From Vampirovibrionales bacterium (lineage in GTDB: Bacteria > Cyanobacteriota > Vampirovibrionia > Vampirovibrionales > Vampirovibrionaceae), in contig JAYKHP010000027.1 in NCBI GenBank assembly GCA_035285165.1, positions 10,169 to 74,168 on the forward strand: a DNA stretch of 64,000 nt, read 5' to 3'. Positions 1-8,946 of this stretch are shown in pieces. Below the pieces are notes generated by a model that did no database searches, was not told the origin of the DNA, and saw only the letters and a list, made by a program, of their open reading frames with translations. The stretch's first letter is position 1, and every line of letters starts with the position of its first letter. Made by a program: the position numbers and the translations under genes.

Positions 1-425
1 TTGGAACAGTTGGCATCGTAAGACAAGCGATACTGTTTACGTTTCAGCATTTCAAAAGCATCGTAAACCTGGACTTCCGGGCATTGAAAATAAAGACTTA
101 ATTCAATGACCGAAGGAATTAGCAGACCCTCAACGTCAAAGCGCTCCTGATAATCCCTGACAAGGATATCAAGCACGTTGGCGATTTCAGCCGTGGAAGC
201 ATCCACCGTTGAAAAATACCAAACCGGGAAGGACTCAATGCGAAGTTCGTGCATGGAGCCCGGTTCACGATTCGGCTTGTTCAGTGAACGCTCAGTGAAC
301 AGGATCCGCTCGTCAATGTCATGCACATCTTGCAGGCGACTATCACGTACCGGTGACTCATCGAACTGGCTGTGGGCCATAAACATGTCAGACTCGTAAG
401 ATTTTGTTTTTAATGAATTTCGCAT
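1..425 (-). CDS. Hypothetical protein with GntR-like winged-HTH segment (3' end runs off the window)
   Basis: Hand translation from ATG at 425, with SD AAAGGAAG upstream, is open to the window edge: MRNSLKTKSYESDMF...EIANVLDILVRDYQERFDVEGLLIPSVIELSLYFQCPEVQVYDAFEMLKRKQY. The PSxxEL...VxxAxxxL pattern resembles a GntR HTH. Not in the ORF track. Confidence 0.65.
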   Translation of the reverse strand, partial: MRNSLKTKSYESDMFMAHSQFDESPVRDSRLQDVHDIDERILFTERSLNKPNREPGSMHELRIESFPVWYFSTVDASTAEIANVLDILVRDYQERFDVEGLLIPSVIELSLYFQCPEVQVYDAFEMLKRKQYRLSYDANCS

Positions 426-595
426 AATGCACTTCCTTTAAATGAAACAAGGGAGTAGCTGTTACCTTTTGAAAAAATCAATAACGTCTTTAATTTAGCA
501 ATATTTCATTCGCTAACCTTATGTAACTTATTATGAATTAATCTTTAAGGTTCAGCCACTCCACTTCTTTCTTATTTTTCAGTGTTTCAGACTGG

Positions 596-766
596 CTATT
601 CGTCTAATAAATCCTCGAAATCATCGGCCAGATAAGACTGTAATTTCTGTTTTTGCTGGCTATGCAGAAAATCCGAAAGAATATCCGTGTAGCCCATATA
701 AGCAAAGTTTCTCGTACCGGTTTTTCTTGTGTTTGAGTCTTGATAGTATTTATTGGAAACGTACAT
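596..766 (-). CDS. Small acidic-tailed hypothetical protein (56 aa)
   Basis: SD AAAGGAG about 10 nt before ATG; translates as MYVSNKYYQDSNTRKTGTRNFAYMGYTDILSDFLHSQQKQKLQSYLADDFEDLLDE*. Below the track's length cut-off. Confidence 0.55.
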   Translation of the reverse strand: MYVSNKYYQDSNTRKTGTRNFAYMGYTDILSDFLHSQQKQKLQSYLADDFEDLLDE

Positions 767-1562
767 TGATCCCACACTCCTTTAGTTATATTGCACTTAC
801 TCCAATTCACCCGTAGTTAAAATGTATAATGATTAAGATTTATCAATGATTAAAACTCATATTGGTTTCGACACATTCAAGCAACTGTATTATTTCCGAG
901 TATCAGCACTAGGAGACAAAGAAAGATTAGGGTGACTCATTTTCCAACAATACCAACCTTCCCCAAGCTGGTATGCAACGTGACTCATAAAGAAACACAA
1001 ATTCAGATGTAATGAATTTTTGTTTTCGTGTATTCTCCCTCTTTTCTCTGTGTATGACGCCAGTGGCCTGGAAAAAAATAAAATTGGGAATTTGCTTAAG
1101 AGGGGTGATTCGCTTGGACAACTTATAGCTTAAACAATAAGTGGGAAGCGTCGCCTTTTAATCCTAAAAAGCACACCTGATCAGTATCAAACGTGTCACA
1201 GTGGTAGCGTGATGATTAAACGCGAATTACTCTCAATTTACCCATAGCAAAAACAAAATCGGCGAAACCCGCCAATCAAGAACCATAATGATTTGCTTCA
1301 ATGGCTGAATGAGTTATAGCTCTGGAAAACTCATTACAATTGCGCCCTACCATTCCCGATTCTCAATTGACGAGTTTTCTACCAAATATCGTTTACTTTC
1401 GTTTCCTGATATTAACTATACCAATGCGAGTGGATATTGTGTATCCCCCTCTTTTCTATTTTTAGGTATTCGATTGGCTAATCTAGGCCAAAAGCGTTAC
1501 CAATATGGTTCAAAGGGACTTCATGAACAGTAATGTTTATTAATATTTCGCTTTACAAAAGG

Positions 1563-1600
1563 CAAAAAGCCTGACCGGAATGCTTTCGGTCAGGCTTTTG
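1563..1600. terminator. Intrinsic (likely bidirectional) terminator
   Basis: AAAAGCCTGACCG...CGGTCAGGCTTTT hairpin with A/T tracts, just downstream of the minus-strand ORF 1622-2041. Confidence 0.8.
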
Positions 1601-1621
1601 CAAGAAAATTTTCAACCTGGC

Positions 1622-2041
1622 CTATTGGCCATCCCACCATTTTTTCAGGAAATGGGTGCCAGCCCCGGCCCCAGCGCCAACCGCAGCGCCTTTGACCTTT
1701 CCCCGGTTCGTCACGGCAGCGGCACCTGTGCCAATAATAGCCCCTTTGGCCGTACTGCGAACCAGCGGCTTGTCTCGAAGGGTTCTGCTGGAATCGACTG
1801 CTCCAGTTCCGGCACCGGCAAGCGCACCAACGCCAGCACCTTTCCAGACGGAAGATTCCCTCGTCAATACACCGGTGGCAGCCCCAACACCTGCGCCAAT
1901 GGCGGCTTGTTTCACAATCGGGTTACGCCAGGCGCTACGAGCCTGATCCTTGACTTCAGCCTGGGCGATATTAGGCGCCATTAAAGACATCAGAACCGTT
2001 GCGAGTAAACTCATACTGATGAGCACATAAGGCTTATTCAT
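1622..2041 (-). CDS. Secreted glycine-zipper (YMGG-like) protein
   Basis: SD GAGGA; signal peptide ending AQA; four GAxxGAxxG repeats; downstream terminator. Confidence 0.8.
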   Translation of the reverse strand: MNKPYVLISMSLLATVLMSLMAPNIAQAEVKDQARSAWRNPIVKQAAIGAGVGAATGVLTRESSVWKGAGVGALAGAGTGAVDSSRTLRDKPLVRSTAKGAIIGTGAAAVTNRGKVKGAAVGAGAGAGTHFLKKWWDGQ

Positions 2042-2191
2042 TGAAAGAATTCCTCATTATTTGATAACGAACAATTTTCATTATTCCGATTAAAGCAAAC
2101 TGTAGCCGTTATGATGCAGGACGTATTTGGCGTAGCAGGGTTCCTCGGATTTTCTGGGGGCTCCTGAAAACCCTGACAAGCATAACAACAA

Positions 2192-2228
2192 ATATGCCCC
2201 CGAAGGGTGTGACGTTTCGGGGGCATAT
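2192..2228. terminator. Stem-loop downstream of the TPR gene
   Basis: ATATGCCCCCGAA...TTCGGGGGCATAT, a 13-bp perfect inverted repeat. Confidence 0.65.
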
Positions 2229-2246
2229 AAAGACAGGCTCAGGGCA

Positions 2247-4157
2247 TTAATAACGGGTTGCGCTATTAGCACCGTTTACGGATGTTGTTTGTTGCGTGCT
2301 GGCGCCTTGACGGGCAGCCAGTTCCTGCAGGCGCGAGATTTTCTTTTCATAACGCTGACGTTTCTTAGGCTCCAGGTTCGGCATCAGTCCCAGATAGAAC
2401 TGGTAGCTGCTGGCGGCACTGGCGTAATCGTCACGCTTCTCATACAACTTGGCCAGCGCCAAGCGTGCTTCAGGCTGACGGGGATTTCTCTTGAGCGAAT
2501 CCTCGTAGAAATCTACCGAACTGTTTTTCTGCCAGAAGTTATTCAGCGACTTGGCGAGGCGAAGATCACGGCTTGACGCCTCACGGGCCGTTTCAATCCG
2601 CTGAATGCCTCGTTCGGCCTTCAGGTTGTTAGGATCGCGGCTCAACACCATTTGATAGGCATCTTCCGCCGTGTCCAAATCGCCATTGGCTTTCAGCGTA
2701 TCCCCAATTAACAGCAGCTTGGCGCTATCGCCACTGGAGCGTTGCATCAGACCCGTGAAAACCTGATCCGCTTCGGCATAGCGACCGAGAGAAAGATACG
2801 CTTCGCCTTTAAGCATCTCACCGGTATCATTGGCGCTTGGCATTGCAACAATGCGCTCCAACTCAGCCTGAGAAGCGCTGGGCTTACCGCTTAACTGGCT
2901 AATTCTTAAAGCCGCCAGGTGAAGCCTCATGTCATTGGGGTTCAGTTGAAGCGCTTCATTAATTGCCTGTTCGGCATCGACCAGATCGCTGTCCTGACCA
3001 AGCGCTTGGCTTGTGCTGGCAGCCCGTTGGGCGACGACCGTTAAGGTTTGGGAAAGACCCTGAAGAGCATCCGCGTCATTCGGGTTGATTTTAACCGATT
3101 CACGGTAATAGGCCAGCGCTTGATCCGGCTTATCAACGCTAAGAGCAAGCTTACCCAACTGGTTGCGAACCGCCGTGTTGTTGGGATTCATATTCAAGGC
3201 GCTGCGCAACTCGGTCATCGCAGCCTCGCCATCGCCACGTCCGTCAAAGAGATTTGACAGGCCAACATAAGCGGGCATGAAGGCAGGGTTTGCCGAAATG
3301 GCTTTTCTGTAGAAGGAAACAGCCGCCCCCGAATTACCTTGCGAATTATAAGCTTCCGCCATTTTACTCATAATCGTGGCGTTGCCTTTATCCAAGTAAA
3401 GGGCGTTATTCAGGTGTTTCAGACCTTCATGGTAATTGCCTTCAGCAATGTATGCCTCACCCATCCGATAATGCGCCATGTGGTTCTTGCTGTTAATGCG
3501 CATTGCCTCGCGATAGGATTCCTTGGCGCCTGAGGTGTCGCCACGCTCGGCCTTCATAATGCCTTCGTTCAGAAGGGCCTCACCATAGGTCGGGTCAATC
3601 TGCATCGCACGATCAAAAGCCGACTGGGCCTCATTAAAACGTCCTTGCATCCGGTATGTAACGCCCAACTGGTTAAAGCCTTCGGCAAAGTCGGTATCCA
3701 GCTGCGTTGCGCGTTCAAGTTCGGCAGCGGATTTGGCCAGCAGCTCATCACGCTGGGTTTTGTAAAACATATCGTGCGAAGCGGTACGGTTTCTGTGAAC
3801 AATGCCAAGCGCGACGTGGGCTGCCGGATCATTAGGGTCTTTGGCCAACACCTGGTTGGCGTTTTTCTCAGCGGCATCCAGTTTAAAAAGCTCGGCTTGC
3901 GCGACGGACAGGGCGGATCTGGCTTGCAGGTTGGATGGGTTTTTCTTCAACGCGATGGTATAAGCAGCTTCCGCCTGGCTATACTTTCCAGTCTGCATCA
4001 AGGCATTTGCCGTTCTCAGGTTGGGAGAATAATTATAGCTGGCGCGGGAGCGATAGATTTTTTGGGCAGCGTCCGCTTCGTTCACCGGCATGCAAACGCC
4101 AGTGAGAACACCAATACTGAGAGAGAGGGCAACAATTGTATAAAATTGTTTTGACAT
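2247..4157 (-). CDS. Exported multi-TPR protein
   Basis: 636 aa; N-terminal signal peptide; many TPR units (e.g. AHVALG...A...P, AHYRMGEAY). Confidence 0.9.
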   Translation of the reverse strand: MSKQFYTIVALSLSIGVLTGVCMPVNEADAAQKIYRSRASYNYSPNLRTANALMQTGKYSQAEAAYTIALKKNPSNLQARSALSVAQAELFKLDAAEKNANQVLAKDPNDPAAHVALGIVHRNRTASHDMFYKTQRDELLAKSAAELERATQLDTDFAEGFNQLGVTYRMQGRFNEAQSAFDRAMQIDPTYGEALLNEGIMKAERGDTSGAKESYREAMRINSKNHMAHYRMGEAYIAEGNYHEGLKHLNNALYLDKGNATIMSKMAEAYNSQGNSGAAVSFYRKAISANPAFMPAYVGLSNLFDGRGDGEAAMTELRSALNMNPNNTAVRNQLGKLALSVDKPDQALAYYRESVKINPNDADALQGLSQTLTVVAQRAASTSQALGQDSDLVDAEQAINEALQLNPNDMRLHLAALRISQLSGKPSASQAELERIVAMPSANDTGEMLKGEAYLSLGRYAEADQVFTGLMQRSSGDSAKLLLIGDTLKANGDLDTAEDAYQMVLSRDPNNLKAERGIQRIETAREASSRDLRLAKSLNNFWQKNSSVDFYEDSLKRNPRQPEARLALAKLYEKRDDYASAASSYQFYLGLMPNLEPKKRQRYEKKISRLQELAARQGASTQQTTSVNGANSATRY

Positions 4158-4747
4158 AGACTGTTTTCCTTTATCTATAATTTGGATAGTTTCTATTGTT
4201 TAGGGATTTCTCATTCAAGCAAGAATAAAAACGGTTGCTAAAAGATTTTAGAGCGAATTTTAAAGTACTCGCTAAAAAAAACCGACACTGCCTATCAATA
4301 CCCAAATGTTATCTCTTGGCCTTGCTAACAAACTTGCTAATGAAAATGTTACGAGGGAAATATTACTGGCGATTATAATGGAAGGGGGTTGAGTAAGAAA
4401 CACTGCCTGCTCATTGGAATGTCAGATTTTTTTGACCAAAAAAACACTGGCAAGACCATGATAGCCATTATCCCAGGCTAACCATTATATTGCGTTGGCT
4501 AGCAGAGGGCAATGCGGGTAGACAGTAGGCTCATTATAAGGAGGGATCAAAATGTCCGATATTATACTAATGGCTATTTTTTAATCCCCCTTGTGGCGGC
4601 AAGCTCGGTTACAGCAAGCGATTTAATGCTTATCTTAAAACAAAAAACAATTATCAGCTTGCAAAAGACTCGTCCTTTTTTATGAGGAAAAATCATTGTC
4701 CAGGGTATGCAAGCACAATTTGGCGTAATCTTGCTATGTAACAGGTG

Positions 4748-6046
4748 CTATAACACGTCTATTTTTTGAGCCAGCGTTTTTAGCCCTTCTTTGGCATCCA
4801 TCCGCCCCAGCATCACCAATTGCACGTAATAGTTGGTCAATTCATTAATTTCCGCCTGGCGGGGCCGAATACGATAAGCCGCCTTGGCGTTGAGCAATTG
4901 CCGGGCGCTGATCCCTCTGGCCCTTACCATAATGTCTTCATTATTACTCAGGGCATCATGGCCGCCCTTAAAAAAAGGATCATTCAAGGCGCTGGTTACT
5001 GAAGGCAAAACCGGCGCCGCCTTAGCCAGCGCCAACTGGTTTTTGGCGTTGGTGATAAAGGCGGCAAGCGCCAATGCCTCCTTGGGATGCTTGGATTGCT
5101 GCGGCACCACTAAAACCATTTCTGAAAAATCAACAAAGGGGCTATCGGCTGGAAACTGCGGGGCAACATCCGTTTTGGCATATACGGCAGGCGCGTTTTC
5201 CTTGACGATACTCAGAAAGTTCGGCCCAACCAGCAACAGGGCCAGCGTGCCCGATTGATAGCGATCCACCGCCGCCCGGTAATCTTCGCTGAGTGATTCC
5301 GGTGGAATCAGGTCGCCTTGATAAAGGCTAATGTAAAAATTCAAATGCGCCAGCGCCTGGCGCGTGTCAAATGCCGGTTTTCCCGAGACATCATAAAGCG
5401 GAACCTGAATTTTAACCAATTCCTTCAGGAAGTTTCCGCTCTGCGTCAGAATCGGCATAAAGGCGTAACTACCGGTTTTTTCCTTGATGCGGGCGGAAAA
5501 TTCCTGCATCGTGGAAAAATCGCTGGGCGGCTTTGCGTAACCCGCTTTATGTAATAACGCGCGATTATAAAGCGTCACCCGGGATGTCAAATACCACGGC
5601 AGGCCAAAAGTGATTTCCGATTGATTATTTTCCAAACTGGCGGCTTGCCAGGCTACAGGAAGATACGTCTCCTGAACATTTTTCGGCAAAGCGCTGCGCA
5701 TATTGATCAGGGCGTTTCTGGTCGCAAGCGTCGCCGAAAAATCCGGGTTCAAATTGACGACATCCGGCACGTTGGGGCTTAACACCGCCGTCAGCGTCCG
5801 CTTTTCAATTTCATTTCCAGGAACATCCACCCACTTGACCCGAACATTGGGATGCTCGGCTTCAAACTCGTCCAGCATCGGCTGAATCACCGCCTTGAAA
5901 TCCGCCAGTTGCATCGTCCAGAAAACAAGTTCAATGTCCTTGCTTTCATCAGTCGCCGCCTGGTTTCGGCATCCGCTGAACACCAATGAAAAAACACCTA
6001 TCAGGAGGCTTAGCGTTGAAGCTAGCAGGAGACGTTTGAATATCAT
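4748..6046 (-). CDS. ABC transporter sugar-type substrate-binding lipoprotein
   Basis: Lipobox FSG-C; FEAEHPNVRVKW, PDVV and GLPWY motifs of the family 1 extracellular solute-binding proteins. Confidence 0.9.
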   Translation of the reverse strand: MIFKRLLLASTLSLLIGVFSLVFSGCRNQAATDESKDIELVFWTMQLADFKAVIQPMLDEFEAEHPNVRVKWVDVPGNEIEKRTLTAVLSPNVPDVVNLNPDFSATLATRNALINMRSALPKNVQETYLPVAWQAASLENNQSEITFGLPWYLTSRVTLYNRALLHKAGYAKPPSDFSTMQEFSARIKEKTGSYAFMPILTQSGNFLKELVKIQVPLYDVSGKPAFDTRQALAHLNFYISLYQGDLIPPESLSEDYRAAVDRYQSGTLALLLVGPNFLSIVKENAPAVYAKTDVAPQFPADSPFVDFSEMVLVVPQQSKHPKEALALAAFITNAKNQLALAKAAPVLPSVTSALNDPFFKGGHDALSNNEDIMVRARGISARQLLNAKAAYRIRPRQAEINELTNYYVQLVMLGRMDAKEGLKTLAQKIDVL

Positions 6047-6270
6047 CAGCGTTTAAAATCCTTGAACACGCGCATCACAACGAAACGTTCCCGGGTCAAT
6101 TCCATCGGCACACCCGTGTGATCTTCCGACTCAATATAGATCCCGATCTCTGACCCTGTTTTGTAACCCAGCGAGTCTGGGATCGGAATCAAGTCATGCG
6201 GCACCTGCTTTTCGTGCAGATACTCGCTCGCCTTTTGCGTGGTTGGCGTTGAGGGTAAAACTATCAACAT
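6046..6270 (-). CDS. DUF3343-like small protein
   Basis: 74 aa with STxxxxKAxxxL...LIPxP pattern; stop overlaps the start of the downstream gene. Confidence 0.65.
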   Translation of the reverse strand: MLIVLPSTPTTQKASEYLHEKQVPHDLIPIPDSLGYKTGSEIGIYIESEDHTGVPMELTRERFVVMRVFKDFKR

Positions 6271-6279
6271 ATCATCTTG

Positions 6280-6311
6280 GTCATTGCGAGGCCAAAGGCC
6301 GTGGCAATCTC
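6280..6311. repeat. GTCATTGCGAG-type palindromic (REP-like) repeat, copy 1
   Basis: GTCATTGCGAGGCCAAAGGCCGTGGCAATCTC; 31/32 identical to 7167-7198. Confidence 0.85.
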
Positions 6312-6321
6312 CTCAATTAGC

Positions 6322-7161
6322 TTATACAATCCCAAATACCGATTTGGCGTTTCGGGTGGTGGCCAAGGCGACTTCCTCGTAAGAAAGATTTTTCAGTTCG
6401 GCAATTTTCTCAACCACGTAGCGCACCCGGGCCGGTTCATTCATTTTACCGCGAAATGGCATTGGGCTTAAAAACGGCGAGTCGGTTTCCACCAATATCT
6501 TTTCCAAGGGAACCACAGTTGCGGCCGCCTGCAAGTCGGTTGCTTTTTTGAAGGTGATGTTGCCCGCAAAACTGATGTAAAAACCAGCCTCGATCATACG
6601 GAGGGCAAAGTCGGCGTCGCCTGAAAAGCAGTGCATAATGCCGCGAACGCCGGGGGCAGACTTGACTAGCGACAGGATATCCTCATGCGAGTTCAAGCCG
6701 CTGGCATCGCCTTCCCTGACGTTCCTGTCATGAAGAATCACGGGCTTGTCAAACTCAACCCCCAGCTTTAAAAACATGCTAAGGCATTGCTTTTGAAGAT
6801 CGATATGTTCCGTACTCCAGTAATAATCCAGGCCCGTCTCCCCGATGGCCACCACCTTGGGATGCTCTAGCAAATGTCGAATACGGCTTTGCCAGTCGGG
6901 GTATTTCAGCGTGTCGGAAACATCGGTGGGATGAATGGCCACGGCCATATACACGTTGTCGTGGGCTTCGGCTATTTTCAGCACCTGGTCGTAATATTCG
7001 GGGCTGACGCAGGGGTTGATGATAAATTCAACGCCTTCGGCCATTGCCCGTGACAAGACATGCCCGGCATCGCTGTGGGGGATATTTTCCTCACGTCCCT
7101 GCCGCTCAATGTAATCCAGATGGCAGTGGGTATCGACTATAGGCGCTGTTGGGAGCATCAT
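6322..7161 (-). CDS. tatD: TatD family DNase/hydrolase
   Basis: DTHCHLD, GETGLDY, HCFSG and ETDSP motifs. Confidence 0.95.
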   Translation of the reverse strand: MMLPTAPIVDTHCHLDYIERQGREENIPHSDAGHVLSRAMAEGVEFIINPCVSPEYYDQVLKIAEAHDNVYMAVAIHPTDVSDTLKYPDWQSRIRHLLEHPKVVAIGETGLDYYWSTEHIDLQKQCLSMFLKLGVEFDKPVILHDRNVREGDASGLNSHEDILSLVKSAPGVRGIMHCFSGDADFALRMIEAGFYISFAGNITFKKATDLQAAATVVPLEKILVETDSPFLSPMPFRGKMNEPARVRYVVEKIAELKNLSYEEVALATTRNAKSVFGIV

Positions 7162-7166
7162 AAAAT

Positions 7167-7198
7167 GTCATTGCGAGGCCGAAGGCCGTGGCAATCTC
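7167..7198. repeat. GTCATTGCGAG-type palindromic repeat, copy 2
   Basis: GTCATTGCGAGGCCGAAGGCCGTGGCAATCTC, between metG and tatD. Confidence 0.85.
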
Positions 7199-7204
7199 CA
7201 AATA

Positions 7205-8800
7205 TTACTGTGTGATTTTCGCTTTCTTCGCCTCACCGGCAAGCTCGCTATCCAAGCGAGGCAGAATCGGCCCTTGCAGGTTTACTTTTTGCCTGGAAGG
7301 AATTTCAACTGTGACAATAGCTTCCCATGAGACTGCCGTCAAAGAGCTAGCATAGCCAAGCTGCGTCCAAATATCTTGGGCCAACTTAGGTGTAATAGGC
7401 GACAAAGCAATTGCAACCTGACGCAACGTATTCAGTACGCAATGCATTAAACTTGCCAATTCTTCAAGCTTATTCTCTTTAAATAAATTCCATGGTTCTT
7501 TACTGGCAATCAAGGCGTTAGCGGCATCTACCCAGTTTAGAATTTCATGGGCAGCATTTTGAAAATCAAACCCTTCATAAAAGGCTTTTACTTGCGCCAT
7601 TGATTTCTCAGAAGGCAAAGCAAAGCCTCCATATAAAGAGCTATCCTGACCAGATGATGGAATCTCACCCTCAAAATACTTATTGGTCATATTCAGCGTT
7701 CGATTCAGCAGATTACCCAGGTTGTTGGCCAAATCCGCGTTAACCTTCAGCTTGAAATCCTCTTCCGTAAAATTGCCATCCTGGCCAAACTGCGCCACCG
7801 TCATCAGATAATAGCGGATCGCATCCGTGTTGGGCAAATTGAAACGCTCAACCAGACTGGCGGGCGAAACGACATTGCCAAGGCTTTTGCTGATTTTATC
7901 ATTGTTCAAATTGATAAACCCATGAACCACCACCTGCTTCGGCAACGGCAAATCGGCAGCCAGAAGCATCGCGGGCCAGTAAATCGCATGGAAGCGCAAA
8001 ATGTCTTTGCCAATCACATGAATGGCGTTCGGGTTTTCTTGGGTGCCCCAATATTTTTCAAATTTCGCCTCGTCCTGCCAGCAGCCGACACCCGTAATGT
8101 AATTGCTCAGCGCGTCAATCCAGACGTAAATCACCTGCTCATCATCATCCGGCACAGGAATACCCCAATTCACCGTCGTTCTCGGACGAGAGACGCTGAT
8201 ATCCTGCAACTCCTCCAGCATTTTTTTTACTTCTTCGCGCCTGAAATCAGGCCAGATAAAATCCGGGTGCTGCTCGATATGATCAAGAATTTTCTGTTTA
8301 TAAGAGGATAATTTGAAAAACCAGTTCTCTTCCTGCACTTCATCAGGCTTTCGCTGGTGAATCAGGCACTCGCCGTTCTCGTTGAGATCACGGGCCGTCA
8401 TAAACACTTCGCAACCACTGCAATACAGGCCCGTGTAGCTGTGCTTGTAGATATCGCCCTTGTCGCGCAGTTTTTTCCAAAGCTTTGCCACCAGTTCATA
8501 ATGGTCTTTTTCGGTGGTGCGGATAAAGCGGTCATAGGTTAAATTCAATTCCGACCATGTTTTAATAAATTCTTGCGAGACGCGATCCGTATGCTCTTGT
8601 GGGGTAATCCCCTTTTCCTTGGCGGTTTTCTCAATCTTAATGCCATGTTCATCCGTACCGGTTAAAAAAAACACCTCATTGCCAATGAGCCGCTGAAATC
8701 TTGCCATCACGTCGGTGGCCACTTTTTCATACGCATGGCCCAGGTGCGGGGCGGCGTTGACGTAATCAATAGCCGTGGTGATGTAGTAGGGGTGTGACAT
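7205..8800 (-). CDS. metG: Methionine--tRNA ligase (short form)
   Basis: YYITTAIDYVN, HLGH, GTDEHG, YVWIDAL, GKDILRFH and KISKS motifs. Confidence 0.97.
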   Translation of the reverse strand: MSHPYYITTAIDYVNAAPHLGHAYEKVATDVMARFQRLIGNEVFFLTGTDEHGIKIEKTAKEKGITPQEHTDRVSQEFIKTWSELNLTYDRFIRTTEKDHYELVAKLWKKLRDKGDIYKHSYTGLYCSGCEVFMTARDLNENGECLIHQRKPDEVQEENWFFKLSSYKQKILDHIEQHPDFIWPDFRREEVKKMLEELQDISVSRPRTTVNWGIPVPDDDEQVIYVWIDALSNYITGVGCWQDEAKFEKYWGTQENPNAIHVIGKDILRFHAIYWPAMLLAADLPLPKQVVVHGFINLNNDKISKSLGNVVSPASLVERFNLPNTDAIRYYLMTVAQFGQDGNFTEEDFKLKVNADLANNLGNLLNRTLNMTNKYFEGEIPSSGQDSSLYGGFALPSEKSMAQVKAFYEGFDFQNAAHEILNWVDAANALIASKEPWNLFKENKLEELASLMHCVLNTLRQVAIALSPITPKLAQDIWTQLGYASSLTAVSWEAIVTVEIPSRQKVNLQGPILPRLDSELAGEAKKAKITQ

Positions 8801-8834
8801 TCGTTATTGCTCTCGTAAGCTTGATAATAAACTT

Positions 8835-8946
8835 CGTCATTCCCGCCAAAGCGGGAACCTCCCTGCCTGGAAACGGTCAATCTATAAAATGGGTTATGAT
8901 AATTTCCTTGAATAGCTGGGGGGATTCCTGCTTTCGCGGGAATGAC
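8835..8946. repeat. Inverted pair of GTCATTCCCGC-type palindromic repeats (REPIN-like)
   Basis: CGTCATTCCCGCCAAAGCGGGAACC at 8835-8859 and inverted GGATTCCTGCTTTCGCGGGAATGAC at 8922-8946. Confidence 0.85.

Noticed and set aside
426-1560. AT-rich gap as a CRISPR array or island
   Set aside because: No regularly spaced 25-40-bp repeats and no cas, integrase or att signal; the short track ORFs here lack SD or family support.
7380-7700. Lower-GC stretch in the 3' part of metG as a mosaic or HGT patch
   Set aside because: A hand count gives about 40% GC over 300 bp, a modest dip in a variable domain; not supportable without alignment.
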